This document shows positions 9,125 through 19,754 of a stretch of 64,000 nucleotides of DNA, one piece after another. Position numbers and translations under genes: made by a program. Under the pieces are notes generated by a model. It was not told the DNA's origin, ran no database searches, and saw only the letters and a program-made list of their open reading frames with translations. Origin of the DNA: Candidatus Latescibacterota bacterium (lineage in GTDB: Bacteria > Latescibacterota > UBA2968); assembly GCA_965207885.1 (NCBI GenBank), contig OZ242311.1:1504001-1568000 (forward strand). The letters are read 5' to 3'. Position 1 is the first letter of the stretch. Each line of letters starts with the position of its first letter.

Positions 9125-10219
9125 CTATTCCAACCCCATCATCACCTCGTGCAACCGTCTCGCCACAATCACATACTCCCCCTGCTCCATCATATAGGGC
9201 ATCACCTCCACCCCATTGTCATGGGTGAACATCTCAATCCGCGGATCGCCATCTGACAACTGTTGCTGGACCTCCTCTGGCGCAATCGGCAAAACTGTCT
9301 GATCCCAGTGAACCTCCAGAATCGGCGCCACATTAGACCGCCCGGGGTCTCGCACCCGTCTCGTCACCGACGGCAAATCCGCAACCGCACTGCCAATCAC
9401 CTGCAACCATTGCTCCCACTCTGCCCACTCGGCATCGTGATCGCGCTGCACCCACTTCTCCACCGCAGCCAGCAGCCCCATCACCTCCTCCTTACCCGCC
9501 TTCATCGCCCGCCCCAGCGAATGATGCGGCGCGCCATTGGCAAACGCCGCCTGCAAAATATCCTTTCGCCCCAGCACTAGCCCCGACGACTGGGGACCCC
9601 GCAAACACTTGCCCCCGCTATAAGCCACAACATCTGCACCCGCTTGCAAATACGCATTGGGCACATCTGGCCGCTCTGCCGCAGCATCCACAAATACCGG
9701 CACACCCTTGCGATGGCAAATCGCCACCACATCCTCAAGCGGAATATCGCTATGATCCGTTTGATCCCCAAAAAACGCAAACATCGCCGTGCGATCATCA
9801 ACCGCCAAAGAAAGTGCATCGTGATCTTCCACCTCCACCATCTCCACCCCCGCCGCCCGAATCGCATGCGTATAAATATGCAAATGCCCCGGCTGGTACA
9901 ACACCCGATTCTTCATCCCCGTCGTATCGGGCAATTGTTTGATCTTATCCGGATCATCACCCGCCACACACGCCGACGTCACCTGCGTCAGCGCCGCCGC
10001 GCATCCATTTGTCACCAGCCCCCACTCGCACTGCATCAACTCGGCAATACGCGCACCCACCGCATCCATCAACTCATCCAAATGCACATACGCCTTTGCC
10101 GCCTCCATCATCGCCTCGCACACCTCTGGCAACATCAGCGAACCACTGATAATCGTATATGTCCCACGGCAGTTAATCAACGGCCGCACACCAATTGAAC
10201 GATAAGTAGGAACAGTCAT
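9125..10219 (-). CDS. SelA-like/DgaE-like PLP-dependent enzyme
   Basis: RPLINCRGTYT, VDAAAE, YSGGKCLRGPQSSG (PLP lysine), RAMKAGKEE; start MTVPT after GGAGGG. Confidence 0.85.
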   Translation of the reverse strand: MTVPTYRSIGVRPLINCRGTYTIISGSLMLPEVCEAMMEAAKAYVHLDELMDAVGARIAELMQCEWGLVTNGCAAALTQVTSACVAGDDPDKIKQLPDTTGMKNRVLYQPGHLHIYTHAIRAAGVEMVEVEDHDALSLAVDDRTAMFAFFGDQTDHSDIPLEDVVAICHRKGVPVFVDAAAERPDVPNAYLQAGADVVAYSGGKCLRGPQSSGLVLGRKDILQAAFANGAPHHSLGRAMKAGKEEVMGLLAAVEKWVQRDHDAEWAEWEQWLQVIGSAVADLPSVTRRVRDPGRSNVAPILEVHWDQTVLPIAPEEVQQQLSDGDPRIEMFTHDNGVEVMPYMMEQGEYVIVARRLHEVMMGLE

Positions 10220-10233
10220 AGTCGCCCTCCACA

Positions 10234-11643
10234 TCAGGCAAAATAGCGCGTGTACAAAATATAAATAGCCAGACCAATCATCAGCAAAAAACAGAACCAC
10301 AACAGCAAATCCGTCTTCAAAGACGGTTTCAGGCGCTGATCGAGATGTCTATAGCGCAAATACAGCGTCCCTGCGGCAATCAGAGGAAACTTAATCGCCC
10401 CAAACAAATGCCCGATAGTCAGCATCCAAACCGGATTTTGAAAAAAGAAATACGCCAGAGAAGTCACCAGAGGGGAAACCACCGCCCAAATGCGCAAAAT
10501 GCGAACCCGGGTCTTGTAATCATTGCGCTCGATCAAACCCATCACAGACATCCCATCCGCAAAAATGCGTACCCCACCGCCCAGACCGGATATCGCCGTT
10601 GAATAAAGCACAAAAAAAGCACCCACCATAAACAACCAGAACGCCCATTCGCCAAGGGTCTGCGTGTACATATTGGAAAGCACCGGAATCGTCTCCAGAC
10701 CATCGGGTTGTTTATTGAGCCGATACAACACACCCGCGCCCAGCATATAAAACGGAATCGTCGCACAGGTCAGCAAGCCCAGTGTCAAAAGCACATCGGT
10801 TTGCATCACCCGAATCCATCCCCTCGCGCGCTGAACCCAGGCATTGGACTGATCTGCCGGTCCAGAAAAACGCGCATAGCCCTTTTCCACACACCAATAC
10901 GTATAGGCCATCTGTTCGCCCGAACCCACCCCGGTACCGCCATACATCGCCAGTGCCGCCAGCAGCGCAAAAGCCGGAAAACCAAACGTCAGCCCACCGC
11001 GCACCTCTTCCCAGGTAATCGCGTATTCGGTTAGCTGCAACAAAACAGCACAGGCGATCGTAATAAACGTAAACATAACAACCAGAACCGTCATCAGCCT
11101 TTCGAGAAATCGATACGTCCCGGTCAGAATAATCACAGACGCCGTACCAGCCAGAATAACCGTCCACCACTCCGAACCGAGAGAAGGCAGCGCCATGTGA
11201 ATCGCCTGACCAGCACCCCCGTAAATACCACCGCTGATCAACTGCCCGGGAATAATCCAGAGCAACCAAAAATAGATGTACCACGACACTTTCCGCCCGT
11301 TAAACGCGGGTAACTTTCCGGGCAATCGGTTAAAAGCGTGCAAAAAAGGTTCGCCAGAAGCAACCGAAAAACGCGCCAGTTCTGCCTGAACAATATTCTT
11401 GCTCCAGCAACTCACAAGCACAAACCAGAGCATTGAAAATCCAACAATAGAACCCAAATTCGTCGTCAGAATAATCTCACCAGAACCCACCACAGATCCC
11501 ACGAGAATCAGCCCTGGACCGAGAAACTTCAGCGTACTGCGAAGCCCTTGAGGGGGCTCCTGAACGGCCCGTGGATCCAGCGCGTAGAGATCTGGATTTT
11601 CATCTTCTCCCGATGGTTGCACAGTTTTGGATTCTTCCGGCAT
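10234..11643 (-). CDS. NRAMP/APC-fold membrane transporter
   Basis: LGPGLILVGSVVGSGE motif, about 11 hydrophobic segments; lacks canonical DPGN of MntH, so substrate is uncertain. Confidence 0.8.
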   Translation of the reverse strand: MPEESKTVQPSGEDENPDLYALDPRAVQEPPQGLRSTLKFLGPGLILVGSVVGSGEIILTTNLGSIVGFSMLWFVLVSCWSKNIVQAELARFSVASGEPFLHAFNRLPGKLPAFNGRKVSWYIYFWLLWIIPGQLISGGIYGGAGQAIHMALPSLGSEWWTVILAGTASVIILTGTYRFLERLMTVLVVMFTFITIACAVLLQLTEYAITWEEVRGGLTFGFPAFALLAALAMYGGTGVGSGEQMAYTYWCVEKGYARFSGPADQSNAWVQRARGWIRVMQTDVLLTLGLLTCATIPFYMLGAGVLYRLNKQPDGLETIPVLSNMYTQTLGEWAFWLFMVGAFFVLYSTAISGLGGGVRIFADGMSVMGLIERNDYKTRVRILRIWAVVSPLVTSLAYFFFQNPVWMLTIGHLFGAIKFPLIAAGTLYLRYRHLDQRLKPSLKTDLLLWFCFLLMIGLAIYILYTRYFA

Positions 11644-11673
11644 ATACCCTCCCTTTGAATTGGCTTATCCCGC

Positions 11674-11772
11674 AAAAACAAAAAGCCACCCGGTATGCAC
11701 AGCGCATTTTCAGGCAGTCCCATGCCATTGGCACTACGGAAATCGTTCTGTGCGTGCGACTTGCGGGTGGTT
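11674..11772 (-). terminator. Long imperfect hairpin followed by U-tract between infA and the transporter
   Basis: Minus strand CCACCCG/CGGGTGG and GCACAG/CTGTGC stems, then TTTTTGTTTTT. Confidence 0.5.
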
Positions 11773-11795
11773 ATTTACATATCGATTTTGGATAT

Positions 11796-12104
11796 TTAAC
11801 GGCGGCGACGCGACCTGCTGCGTCCACCGCGACCGGGACGCCTGCTCCCGCCTCCTTGCGTGCTCGGAGGGGGTGGCCCACCTGTTCCGGAATCGCGGAA
11901 TGTAATGCGCCCCCGGTTCAGGTCATAAGGAGAGGTCTCAATCGTGACGGTATCGCCCACAACAATGCGAATATTAAAACGGCGCATTTTGCCCGACGTA
12001 TAACCGAGAATCTGATGCCCTCCTTCAATCTCAACCTTGTATTGCCCATCGGGCAAAATATCGACAATCGTTCCTTCCAGTACAACTTTTTCTTCTTTTG
12101 CCAT
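11796..12104 (-). CDS. infA: Translation initiation factor IF-1 with C-terminal extension
   Basis: MAKEE...SGKMRRFNIRIVVGDTVTIETSPYDLNRGRITFR; GGAGG RBS. Confidence 0.93.
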   Translation of the reverse strand: MAKEEKVVLEGTIVDILPDGQYKVEIEGGHQILGYTSGKMRRFNIRIVVGDTVTIETSPYDLNRGRITFRDSGTGGPPPPSTQGGGSRRPGRGGRSRSRRRR

Positions 12105-12264
12105 ATAACCTCCAACTATGGGATGGATAAACTCGTACCTTACACGATTTGGGATGCATTGAGCTAAAAATAAAGTCTTTCAATTAAGATATGAGAGAAA
12201 ATTTATGTTCACAAGTATTTTTGACACGCGGCTAATTTCCAAATTTTGCACACGATCGCACAAC

Positions 12265-13455
12265 TCAAAAAAGGCGATAACTCAGGGCAAGAAGAAGACT
12301 CTGTCTGAATGGCGAACCTTCTTCTTTCGAAATTTGCTCAATAGCCGTCAAGCTAATTCTGTTTTCGATAAAAAATGTGAAACTGATATTTGAAATATGT
12401 CTAAACCTCGCATCTTGATCGCGTTTTTTGTTGATGTGGAGTGTATTGGAGCTCACAAAGGCAATTCTGTTGGTAATTTCGTAAATAAAATCGACATTCT
12501 GCCGGATATTATACTCTCGCCTAAAATAGTCTCTCTTGAATGGCGTATCCCATTTGAAATCCGTATTGACCTGTATCTGCCAACTGATAGGTCGGGAATA
12601 CCGCACATTAATGGCTAAAGCTGGGGGAGGACGTTCTATGTCTTTAGACCTGGTCTGCACTTCATACTGAACCCCCGCATTGACATCCCAACCAAAAAAC
12701 CGGTCGCTGATCTGCTCCTGAGTAAGTACCTCGCGCATGCGAAAGAGGCCAACAGGACCGATATTGCCGCCCCCGGTCACAAGACCGGTTTTGTCAATTT
12801 CACTGCTCATATCTTCGTACCAGTAGTGCAGATAGGTACGATCGCCGTAGATATTGCGATACTCATCTTCTTTTTCAATAATTTGCCCAAGTGTGATCAT
12901 CGTATCTCTTGGTAGGAAATCGCTAATAACGCCTTCTTCAAACAAAAAGTCTTCAATACGCACGGCTTTGCGCAGGGCAGTGGCATTGATAAATCGACCA
13001 TAACCAAGACCTAAAATGACATCACTCTGCGGACGATCAAAGCCCTTACGCATCAACGCATCGGGACTGACAAAATAGAAAAACTTATGGGTTTCTCGAA
13101 AATACTTTTGAACCTGTATATCGAGATTCATGTCATAAGTACCCGTACGCTCAGAATCTTCAAATGAAAATTGGCGAAAATATGAGGCCGAACTGAGCGC
13201 GTCGATAAAATATGCAAACGGCAAGGAACTGTAGAACTTCTTGTACACAAGGCCGATTTCGCCCTGTTCGTGTATAACTTCTTTGCCCTCGGTCGTCAAA
13301 TTAAAACTCAACACATCAATGCGTAGATTATCCACCCGACTCACCGGCACTTTGTAGTCAGTGACCGAAACATTTTGTGCCTTTGCCGGTGCTGTAATCA
13401 GCAGCATTGCAATCATACAGCAGACAAGTGCCTTTAATAGATATTGTGCATCCAT
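12265..13455 (-). CDS. Hypothetical secreted/outer-membrane beta-barrel-like protein
   Basis: Signal peptide ending APAKA-Q, amphipathic beta pattern, C-terminal LSYRLF; start chosen at MDAQ after GGAGG. Confidence 0.6.
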   Translation of the reverse strand: MDAQYLLKALVCCMIAMLLITAPAKAQNVSVTDYKVPVSRVDNLRIDVLSFNLTTEGKEVIHEQGEIGLVYKKFYSSLPFAYFIDALSSASYFRQFSFEDSERTGTYDMNLDIQVQKYFRETHKFFYFVSPDALMRKGFDRPQSDVILGLGYGRFINATALRKAVRIEDFLFEEGVISDFLPRDTMITLGQIIEKEDEYRNIYGDRTYLHYWYEDMSSEIDKTGLVTGGGNIGPVGLFRMREVLTQEQISDRFFGWDVNAGVQYEVQTRSKDIERPPPALAINVRYSRPISWQIQVNTDFKWDTPFKRDYFRREYNIRQNVDFIYEITNRIAFVSSNTLHINKKRDQDARFRHISNISFTFFIENRISLTAIEQISKEEGSPFRQSLLLALSYRLF

Positions 13456-13529
13456 GGTCAGCCTCCGCGTTGTGCTATTTGTCAGGCCAGCAGGTTGTCC
13501 CCAAAATGAACGAGCCTGATATCCGTTCT

Positions 13530-14495
13530 TCATTCTGTATTCCCCGGGTTCTTTTCAACTGTGGGCCTTGGAATAATGAAAATAATATCATCGTAATCCG
13601 CTGCGACAACCGTCCCCGTATTATCCGAATCAGTAAGCAACCCCACATAATCTACCGGACGGGGATCACCACCAAAAAGACGCCGATAGTCTTGATATGC
13701 ATTCACCTCTTCCCAAACCCATTTTCCCAGATCGTCTGTACCGCTGCGCAACACAATCATATGTTGTCTGCTACTCGAAATAACCGTGCCCTTGGGAAGT
13801 GTTGCACTCCAAATATATTTGAGTGATTTGCCCGCCAGAGGATTCAAAGAACTCTTTCCTATGATCAGACGTACCGCAGCGGCACTGTCATTTTTGTCGC
13901 CGTCGGTTTCATCAGACCCCTCGGGCAAATCGTGTACCCGCCATCGCCAGCGCAATTTCTGGAACAAACGCAAACTTGCTTTGCGTTCTCTGCCGCGATA
14001 CGTGAGCTTTGCTTCTCTCCCAAAATTTACGGCACTACCTTTTGTTTTCGCGCTCAGATAATGATTATCAACTTCTCTTAAAATCCGATAGTAAACATCT
14101 TCTTTTTTTGTTTTGCTATATCGCCAGCCCGATATCCCCTGCCATATCTTGTCGGGATAAGAATTCAAAAATTGAGGATAATCAAAGGTATCGAGAACAC
14201 TGGTGGAATCACCCGCAGGCGTGACCCAGTGAGCAGGAGGCTGCGAAGGATCTGTTATCTCAAGTATTGTCGAGGGATCGTGACCTGGCCTGAGCGGATC
14301 GGCCATTGCAGGATCAACAGCCGTAGAATCAACAAATACAGAGACAACCGGTTGGACACCCGTAGAATCGGGACCGGCAGCAAAGCATATGCTGTATCTA
14401 AGATCAATAACAAATACCACGAGCAGGCACAGCCTGAGAGCCATGTTTATCAAATACATGCTGATAAAGTCAGTATGGGAACGCAATCCCATCAT
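13530..14495 (-). CDS. DUF3047 domain protein
   Basis: LRWRWRV, DDxAA-like NDSAAAV, LKYIWS, LLTDSDNT motifs; true start may be further in (MALRLCLL). Confidence 0.8.
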   Translation of the reverse strand: MMGLRSHTDFISMYLINMALRLCLLVVFVIDLRYSICFAAGPDSTGVQPVVSVFVDSTAVDPAMADPLRPGHDPSTILEITDPSQPPAHWVTPAGDSTSVLDTFDYPQFLNSYPDKIWQGISGWRYSKTKKEDVYYRILREVDNHYLSAKTKGSAVNFGREAKLTYRGRERKASLRLFQKLRWRWRVHDLPEGSDETDGDKNDSAAAVRLIIGKSSLNPLAGKSLKYIWSATLPKGTVISSSRQHMIVLRSGTDDLGKWVWEEVNAYQDYRRLFGGDPRPVDYVGLLTDSDNTGTVVAADYDDIIFIIPRPTVEKNPGNTE

Positions 14496-15370
14496 CCAAC
14501 CCCGCCGTTACCAATAATATATCGACTCTTGTAAAGTTGATTTTCCGCATTGCTGGTGACAGCCGATAGAAATCCAGAACGGGCTGCGGCTGCACCCCAA
14601 TTGCCATATTTGTCAATGGCGATATAGGCCATCTGATAGGGGCGCGCAGAGGGAACGCGCGCAATGAGATGTTGTACAACAGCTTCGCAGGCTTCCTGCG
14701 GCGATTTGCCCTGCCGCATGTGTTCAACAACAGCAAACGACCCGCAGGTCCGAGCAATTTCCTCACCGCGACCGGTGGCCGCAGCAGCTCCTGCATCATT
14801 ATCCGCATAAAGACCCGAGCCAATAAGCGGCGAATCGCCAACGCGACCGGGCAACTTAAAAGCCGCGCCACTTGTGGTACAGGCCGCCGCGAGATTCCCG
14901 TGTTGGTCAAGAGCGATTAAGCCAATCGTATCGTGGACATCTGCGGGAAGTCCTGTTTGCTCCCTTTTCCACTTCTCCCAGGCTTCTCGCCCGTGCTCTG
15001 TGAGCATATTGCACGCTTCAAAGCCCTGTGCGCGCGCAAACTTCAGCGCGCCATTGCCCACGAGAAAAACGTGATCTGTTTTCTCCATCACGCACCGCGC
15101 CACAGCAGTGGGCGTGGCAATATTTCTAAGCCCAGCCACCGCACCATAACCGAGAGTAAATCCGTCCATAACCGCGGCATCGACTTCGACCTCGCCCTCG
15201 GCATTGGGATATCCGCCGAAACCAACGCTCTTGACCGCAGGATCGCGTTCCGCCACCTCAGCACCCCGCACAACAGCATCGAGCGCAGAGCCACCGCTTT
15301 TCAAAATTTTCCAGGCGGGCTGATTAGAAGCGAGACCAAACCGCCATGTGGATACAACAATGTGGGACAT
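14492..15370 (-). CDS. N4-(beta-N-acetylglucosaminyl)-L-asparaginase / isoaspartyl peptidase (Ntn hydrolase)
   Basis: HDTIG autocleavage site, TTSG, GRVGDSPLIGSG, TGRGE. Confidence 0.9.
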   Translation of the reverse strand: MSHIVVSTWRFGLASNQPAWKILKSGGSALDAVVRGAEVAERDPAVKSVGFGGYPNAEGEVEVDAAVMDGFTLGYGAVAGLRNIATPTAVARCVMEKTDHVFLVGNGALKFARAQGFEACNMLTEHGREAWEKWKREQTGLPADVHDTIGLIALDQHGNLAAACTTSGAAFKLPGRVGDSPLIGSGLYADNDAGAAAATGRGEEIARTCGSFAVVEHMRQGKSPQEACEAVVQHLIARVPSARPYQMAYIAIDKYGNWGAAAARSGFLSAVTSNAENQLYKSRYIIGNGGVG

Positions 15371-15403
15371 CGCCTTCTTTCCATCTGAAATTTTAAACCT
15401 TTC

Positions 15404-16699
15404 CTATTCTCCCATCGCCCGGTAAATCGCATTTCGCGTGCCCTCGAGATCAAAACACTCGTACTGATTGTCGTACATCACACGCGAAGCAATATGCATC
15501 GCCTGCGATTCGGTCAGATAACCTTCTTCCACTTCGGCTTCGAGGGTTTTGTCAAGCCAGAAACGGGTCTGAAATGCGTAGGCAGCGGCACTGGTGGGCC
15601 AGCCCGTATCACCGCCAAAAACAAAGAGCTTATTGATGGGAGCACCGTGGATAAATCGGCGGACAAAATCGCTTGAAGCGTAGGGATTAATAGACCAGGC
15701 CCAGCACAGATCTGCCCAGACATTTTTGTAGTGCTTGGTCAGCGCGATGAGTTCATCGCTATAGGGATAGGCAATGTGCATAAGCACAAAGCGAGCGTCG
15801 AGATACCTGGCCAAAAGCGCGCAGAGATTGCCAGCTTTGATGCGGTCAACGGGCATGCGATTGTTGCCAGCGTAATAGCCCGTATGGATTTTGAAGGGCA
15901 AATTGTGTTCAATAGTCAATTCCACACCGCGTGCCCAGCACCAGTCGCCAAGGCACAATCGCATAGACTCGGAAACATTATTATTCGAGCTAAGCGTCGC
16001 GTAAAGCGCGCGTTCGACATCGCCGCGGGCACGCGCTTGCCAATTGAGGGTGCGATTGTACGCATGTTGGGCTTTAACCGCAATGGCACAAGGCGCGTGC
16101 TTTTCAAATATCGCCTCCATCGCCTTCTGAAGAGAATCGAGATCAACAACAGCAATACCAGTGTCTTCGGCAATAGCTTCCTGGTCTATCTGCCCACTGC
16201 AAAACCCCGCCCAGGAGAGGTCGTAAAGAAAAAAGTCTGGTCCTGATTCATCGGGATCACAGGGCCAGGAAGAATCATCGGTTTGAATATGGTCGAGATT
16301 GGCGACTTCGCGCAGCAAATTGTAGCGACCACCGGGAGTACGCAATTCAGTCAGTTTTTCCTGTGCAGGTGCGAGCACATCGGGTGTGAGTTCGTCAAAA
16401 CCATACACATCGGTGACAATGCGCCGCACGGCCTCGCCATAACCCGTGTACTGCGTGGCCTCCCACGCTGCACGAACACCTTCAAAACGCCCGGCAAGGT
16501 CTGGATCTGACGCATCTGTGAGACGCCTCAGGGCTTCCTGCGATGCACCAGCCGTAATGAGATCCGCAGGCACATAATTGCCAAAAAGGTCCTGTAATAC
16601 ATCGGGACCATCGTCGATCCAATCAGGCTCCCGACGAAGATGCTCGTGCGTATCGCACAGCGCGGTTTGTTCGATATGTTCAGATAAATTGGTCGCCAT
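15404..16699 (-). CDS. Amidohydrolase-family metalloenzyme (uronate-isomerase-like)
   Basis: DTHEH, KIHTG, LMHIAYPY, FGGD metal-ligand motifs. Confidence 0.8.
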   Translation of the reverse strand: MATNLSEHIEQTALCDTHEHLRREPDWIDDGPDVLQDLFGNYVPADLITAGASQEALRRLTDASDPDLAGRFEGVRAAWEATQYTGYGEAVRRIVTDVYGFDELTPDVLAPAQEKLTELRTPGGRYNLLREVANLDHIQTDDSSWPCDPDESGPDFFLYDLSWAGFCSGQIDQEAIAEDTGIAVVDLDSLQKAMEAIFEKHAPCAIAVKAQHAYNRTLNWQARARGDVERALYATLSSNNNVSESMRLCLGDWCWARGVELTIEHNLPFKIHTGYYAGNNRMPVDRIKAGNLCALLARYLDARFVLMHIAYPYSDELIALTKHYKNVWADLCWAWSINPYASSDFVRRFIHGAPINKLFVFGGDTGWPTSAAAYAFQTRFWLDKTLEAEVEEGYLTESQAMHIASRVMYDNQYECFDLEGTRNAIYRAMGE

Positions 16700-16731
16700 G
16701 GTATTATTCCTCCTCAATCAAGAGCCTCTGC

Positions 16732-16753
16732 TTTTAATTTTTAATTTTTAATT
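16732..16753. repeat. Short heptamer tandem repeat (TTTTAAT x3)
   Basis: Visible as ttttaatttttaatttttaatt in the intergenic gap. Confidence 0.5.
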
Positions 16754-16757
16754 CTCA

Positions 16758-17525
16758 TCATCTCGCAACTTTCAACCAATATCCCCCATCCACACTCAAC
16801 ACCGTCCCTGTAATATAGTCGGCAGCATCAGAACAGAGAAATGCGGCGGCATTGGCAATATCTTCCGGCGTCCCCAGGCGCTTCCAGGGCAGCGCAGTAG
16901 CAGCCTCTCGGATTTGTTCTTCCGTCGCATATTGACGCTCGCCGGGCGTATCAATGTAACCAGGCGTAATCACATTGGCGCGAATGCGGTGATCGGTCAA
17001 CTCATTGGCAATAGTCGCCGACATCTGGTTGATCCCCGCCTTTGCAGCATTATAGGGCAACGAGGTCGAAAAGGGAATATTGGACAAAACAGAACTGATA
17101 AAGAGAATCGCCCCCCCTTCGCCCTGTTTGACCATCTGGCGGGCGCCGGCCTGAGCCATGTGGAAAGCCCCCCAAAACGTGACATCAAGCGTGCGACGCG
17201 CGCCATCTAATTCCAGATCGAGAAAAGGTTCGCGCTTGCTGTAATACGCATTGGAAACCACAATATCGAGACGCCCAAATTGCTCAACCGTTGCGGCGAC
17301 CATCGCATCCACCGCATCGCGGTCAGAGACATCTGCGCCATAGACAAGCGCGTCAGACCCCACATCGCGAATCTCAGCGGCAACTTCCTCTGCCTCGTCG
17401 GGATGCGTGCGATAATTGACCGCGACCTTTGCGCCCGAACGCCCCATCCGGAGGGCAATACCGCGCCCAATACCGCGTGACGCGCCGGAAATAAGTGCGA
17501 CCTTTCCATCCAAATTGATATTCAT
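16758..17525 (-). CDS. Short-chain dehydrogenase/reductase
   Basis: SGASRGIG, YNAAK, VDGG; start MNINLDGK after AAGGAG. Confidence 0.92.
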   Translation of the reverse strand: MNINLDGKVALISGASRGIGRGIALRMGRSGAKVAVNYRTHPDEAEEVAAEIRDVGSDALVYGADVSDRDAVDAMVAATVEQFGRLDIVVSNAYYSKREPFLDLELDGARRTLDVTFWGAFHMAQAGARQMVKQGEGGAILFISSVLSNIPFSTSLPYNAAKAGINQMSATIANELTDHRIRANVITPGYIDTPGERQYATEEQIREAATALPWKRLGTPEDIANAAAFLCSDAADYITGTVLSVDGGYWLKVAR

Positions 17526-17544
17526 AGAGAACTCCTTATTCAAC

Positions 17545-17964
17545 TCACCCCGCGGGCAGACCCGTACCCGGCCACTGATCGTCGCTTGAAGTAATATCCA
17601 CAGTAATACCATCGGGATCCTCTACTTTGAACGCACCCTCCTCGAGCTTATCCGGAGCCAAGGGCTCTTTACCGCCCAGACCATCGGAAAAAATCTCGTA
17701 ACCCATATCCGTCAAACGCCGCGCTACAGCCTCCAGGTCCGGAACCCGAATGCCAATATGCAGATAATCCAGCATCCCGCTGACATGCTCTGGGCGGGAA
17801 GGCCCATTATGCTGAAAGAGGCGGAAATTGTGATACCCATCGGTAAGATCGTAGGATTGACCTCGATTCTGAACGAGACGCAAACCCAGACCATCTCGCC
17901 AGAAGCGGATAGTCTCATCGATATCTGTGGCGCGCACGCCAATATGAACAAGTGTAGTAGCCAT
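17545..17964 (-). CDS. VOC/glyoxalase family protein
   Basis: VHIGVRATD...FWRDGLG...HIGIRV...EDPDGITVDI. Confidence 0.85.
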   Translation of the reverse strand: MATTLVHIGVRATDIDETIRFWRDGLGLRLVQNRGQSYDLTDGYHNFRLFQHNGPSRPEHVSGMLDYLHIGIRVPDLEAVARRLTDMGYEIFSDGLGGKEPLAPDKLEEGAFKVEDPDGITVDITSSDDQWPGTGLPAG

Positions 17965-18005
17965 AATGGTATTCCTCCTGTTGAAGTGTAACCTGCCTGA
18001 CCTCA

Positions 18006-19754
18006 TCACCGCTGATCCCACAACTGCCGCATCTCCTCACTCGACTCGAGCAACTCGTCCAGCGTCCCCATGCCCTCGACACGACCATTTTTCAGAACGA
18101 CAATTTGATCTGCGCGGCGAAGCGCGGGGCGGCGATGAGAAACCACGAGACAGGTAGCCCTGCGGTGTTCAAAAACGCGCCGCCAGAGAACGCGCTCGGT
18201 TTCCACATCCAGCGCAGAAGACAAATCGTCAAAAACCAGAAGTTCGGGATCGCGAATAAACATGCGCGCGGCAGCAGTGCGCTGAATTTGACCGCCTGAA
18301 AGTTTGACACCGCGCGGCCCAACAATCGTATCCAGACCGTTTTCAAGGGTGGAAATATCGGTCTCCATAACACCATTGTAAAGCGCGTGTTCGAGTGCTC
18401 GATCATCGGGCACCCCCAAAAGAATATTATCGCGCAGAGACTCGCTAAAAAGGTGTGGAATCTGCGGCGTATAAGCACAGCGCGGAGGCGTAAAAAAAGT
18501 TTTGGGATCCGCAACCTTCTCACCATTCCAGTAAATATCCCCATTCACAAGCGGAAGAACACCCATAAGCGCGCGGATAAGCGTGGTCTTGCCCGATCCG
18601 ATTTGCCCCGTAATAACCGTAAACGATCCAGCGGGAATGACGAGATCAATATCGTAAACACCATTTGTGGATTTGGGATAAATATAAGTCATATTGCGAA
18701 TGGTGAGTGCGTTGAGCCTATCCGATTCCGCACGGGATGGCAACGCCAGTTCATCGGGTTCTACATTGAGATAAACATCCGTGTGTTGAGAGATGCGTTC
18801 GCGGGGAATATCTTCAATAGTATAAGCCATCCGAAAATAAGAAACTTCGGCGCGCTTGTGATTGGTGAGAATGGTCCCTAGCAGGGAACCGCTTCGAGCA
18901 ACCTGACCGACATAAGTGGCAAAAAGAGCCATATCGCCAACCGTGAACACGCCCGACTTCATTTTTTCAGCCACGAGAATCAGGATAACACCCGTGGCAA
19001 TATGCCCCAGGTTGAAATTGATCGAACTCAGAATTTGAGTGAAAAGATTGTCGATAAGAGTAGATATGCGGCGCGCATCATTGAGCCGTCGAAAATGGTC
19101 AATCACATGGGCTTGTGTGGTAGCAACTTTGACAGCGAGGATAGATTGAAACATCTCGTTGATAAAATTGGTAGATCGCTCGGTTGCAACGCGCTGCGCG
19201 GTGCGGTATTTGTGAATATAGTTGCGGGCAAAATCCACAACAATAACCACACCTATCGCCGGTATAATCGTGATAAAAGTGATATAGGGATCGATTCTCG
19301 ACATATAAAAAATGGCGAGCACAGCAAATACGAGATTGCCCCACATGTGGATATACCGATTGAGGTATTGAATAATGCCCAACACATCGTCCCGAAATCG
19401 GTTGGTCACCTCGCCAGAGGCGGTGGAAATCTTTCCCGGATCTCGAACTTCGAGAATAGCAGTCATAAGATTTTTCCGCAAAAGCGTTTCAATAGCATAC
19501 CACCAGCGCGGCCATGCAAAAGCCGAACCGAGAAGGGCGATGCGGTCGCCAATCTCAACAGCGACAAAAAGCGCGACAAGCGACCAGGCAGTGAACCCCG
19601 CCTCGGCCTGACCGGTGAGCGCGTCAAAAAAGCCCTTCATAATAACGCCCGCGAGAAAGGGCGCGATGTCGTCAATACCGCGAAAAAATATCGTAGTCAA
19701 AAAAAGTCCGGGACGGAACTTGAGCAGCCGCCATGTCGTTTGCCCCATCGTCAT
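18006..19754 (-). CDS. ABC exporter, fused permease/ATPase (subunit B of heterodimer)
   Basis: TM domain, [18 protein letters not shown] (degenerate Walker B). Confidence 0.92.
   Translation of the reverse strand: MTMGQTTWRLLKFRPGLFLTTIFFRGIDDIAPFLAGVIMKGFFDALTGQAEAGFTAWSLVALFVAVEIGDRIALLGSAFAWPRWWYAIETLLRKNLMTAILEVRDPGKISTASGEVTNRFRDDVLGIIQYLNRYIHMWGNLVFAVLAIFYMSRIDPYITFITIIPAIGVVIVVDFARNYIHKYRTAQRVATERSTNFINEMFQSILAVKVATTQAHVIDHFRRLNDARRISTLIDNLFTQILSSINFNLGHIATGVILILVAEKMKSGVFTVGDMALFATYVGQVARSGSLLGTILTNHKRAEVSYFRMAYTIEDIPRERISQHTDVYLNVEPDELALPSRAESDRLNALTIRNMTYIYPKSTNGVYDIDLVIPAGSFTVITGQIGSGKTTLIRALMGVLPLVNGDIYWNGEKVADPKTFFTPPRCAYTPQIPHLFSESLRDNILLGVPDDRALEHALYNGVMETDISTLENGLDTIVGPRGVKLSGGQIQRTAAARMFIRDPELLVFDDLSSALDVETERVLWRRVFEHRRATCLVVSHRRPALRRADQIVVLKNGRVEGMGTLDELLESSEEMRQLWDQR

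Noticed and set aside
9125-10219. Selenocysteine synthase selA
   Set aside because: Shorter than SelA, no selB/selC/selD nearby; fits the SelA-like/DgaE branch.
10234-11772. mntH with yybP-ykoY riboswitch
   Set aside because: DPGN metal motif missing and no riboswitch consensus found in the leader.
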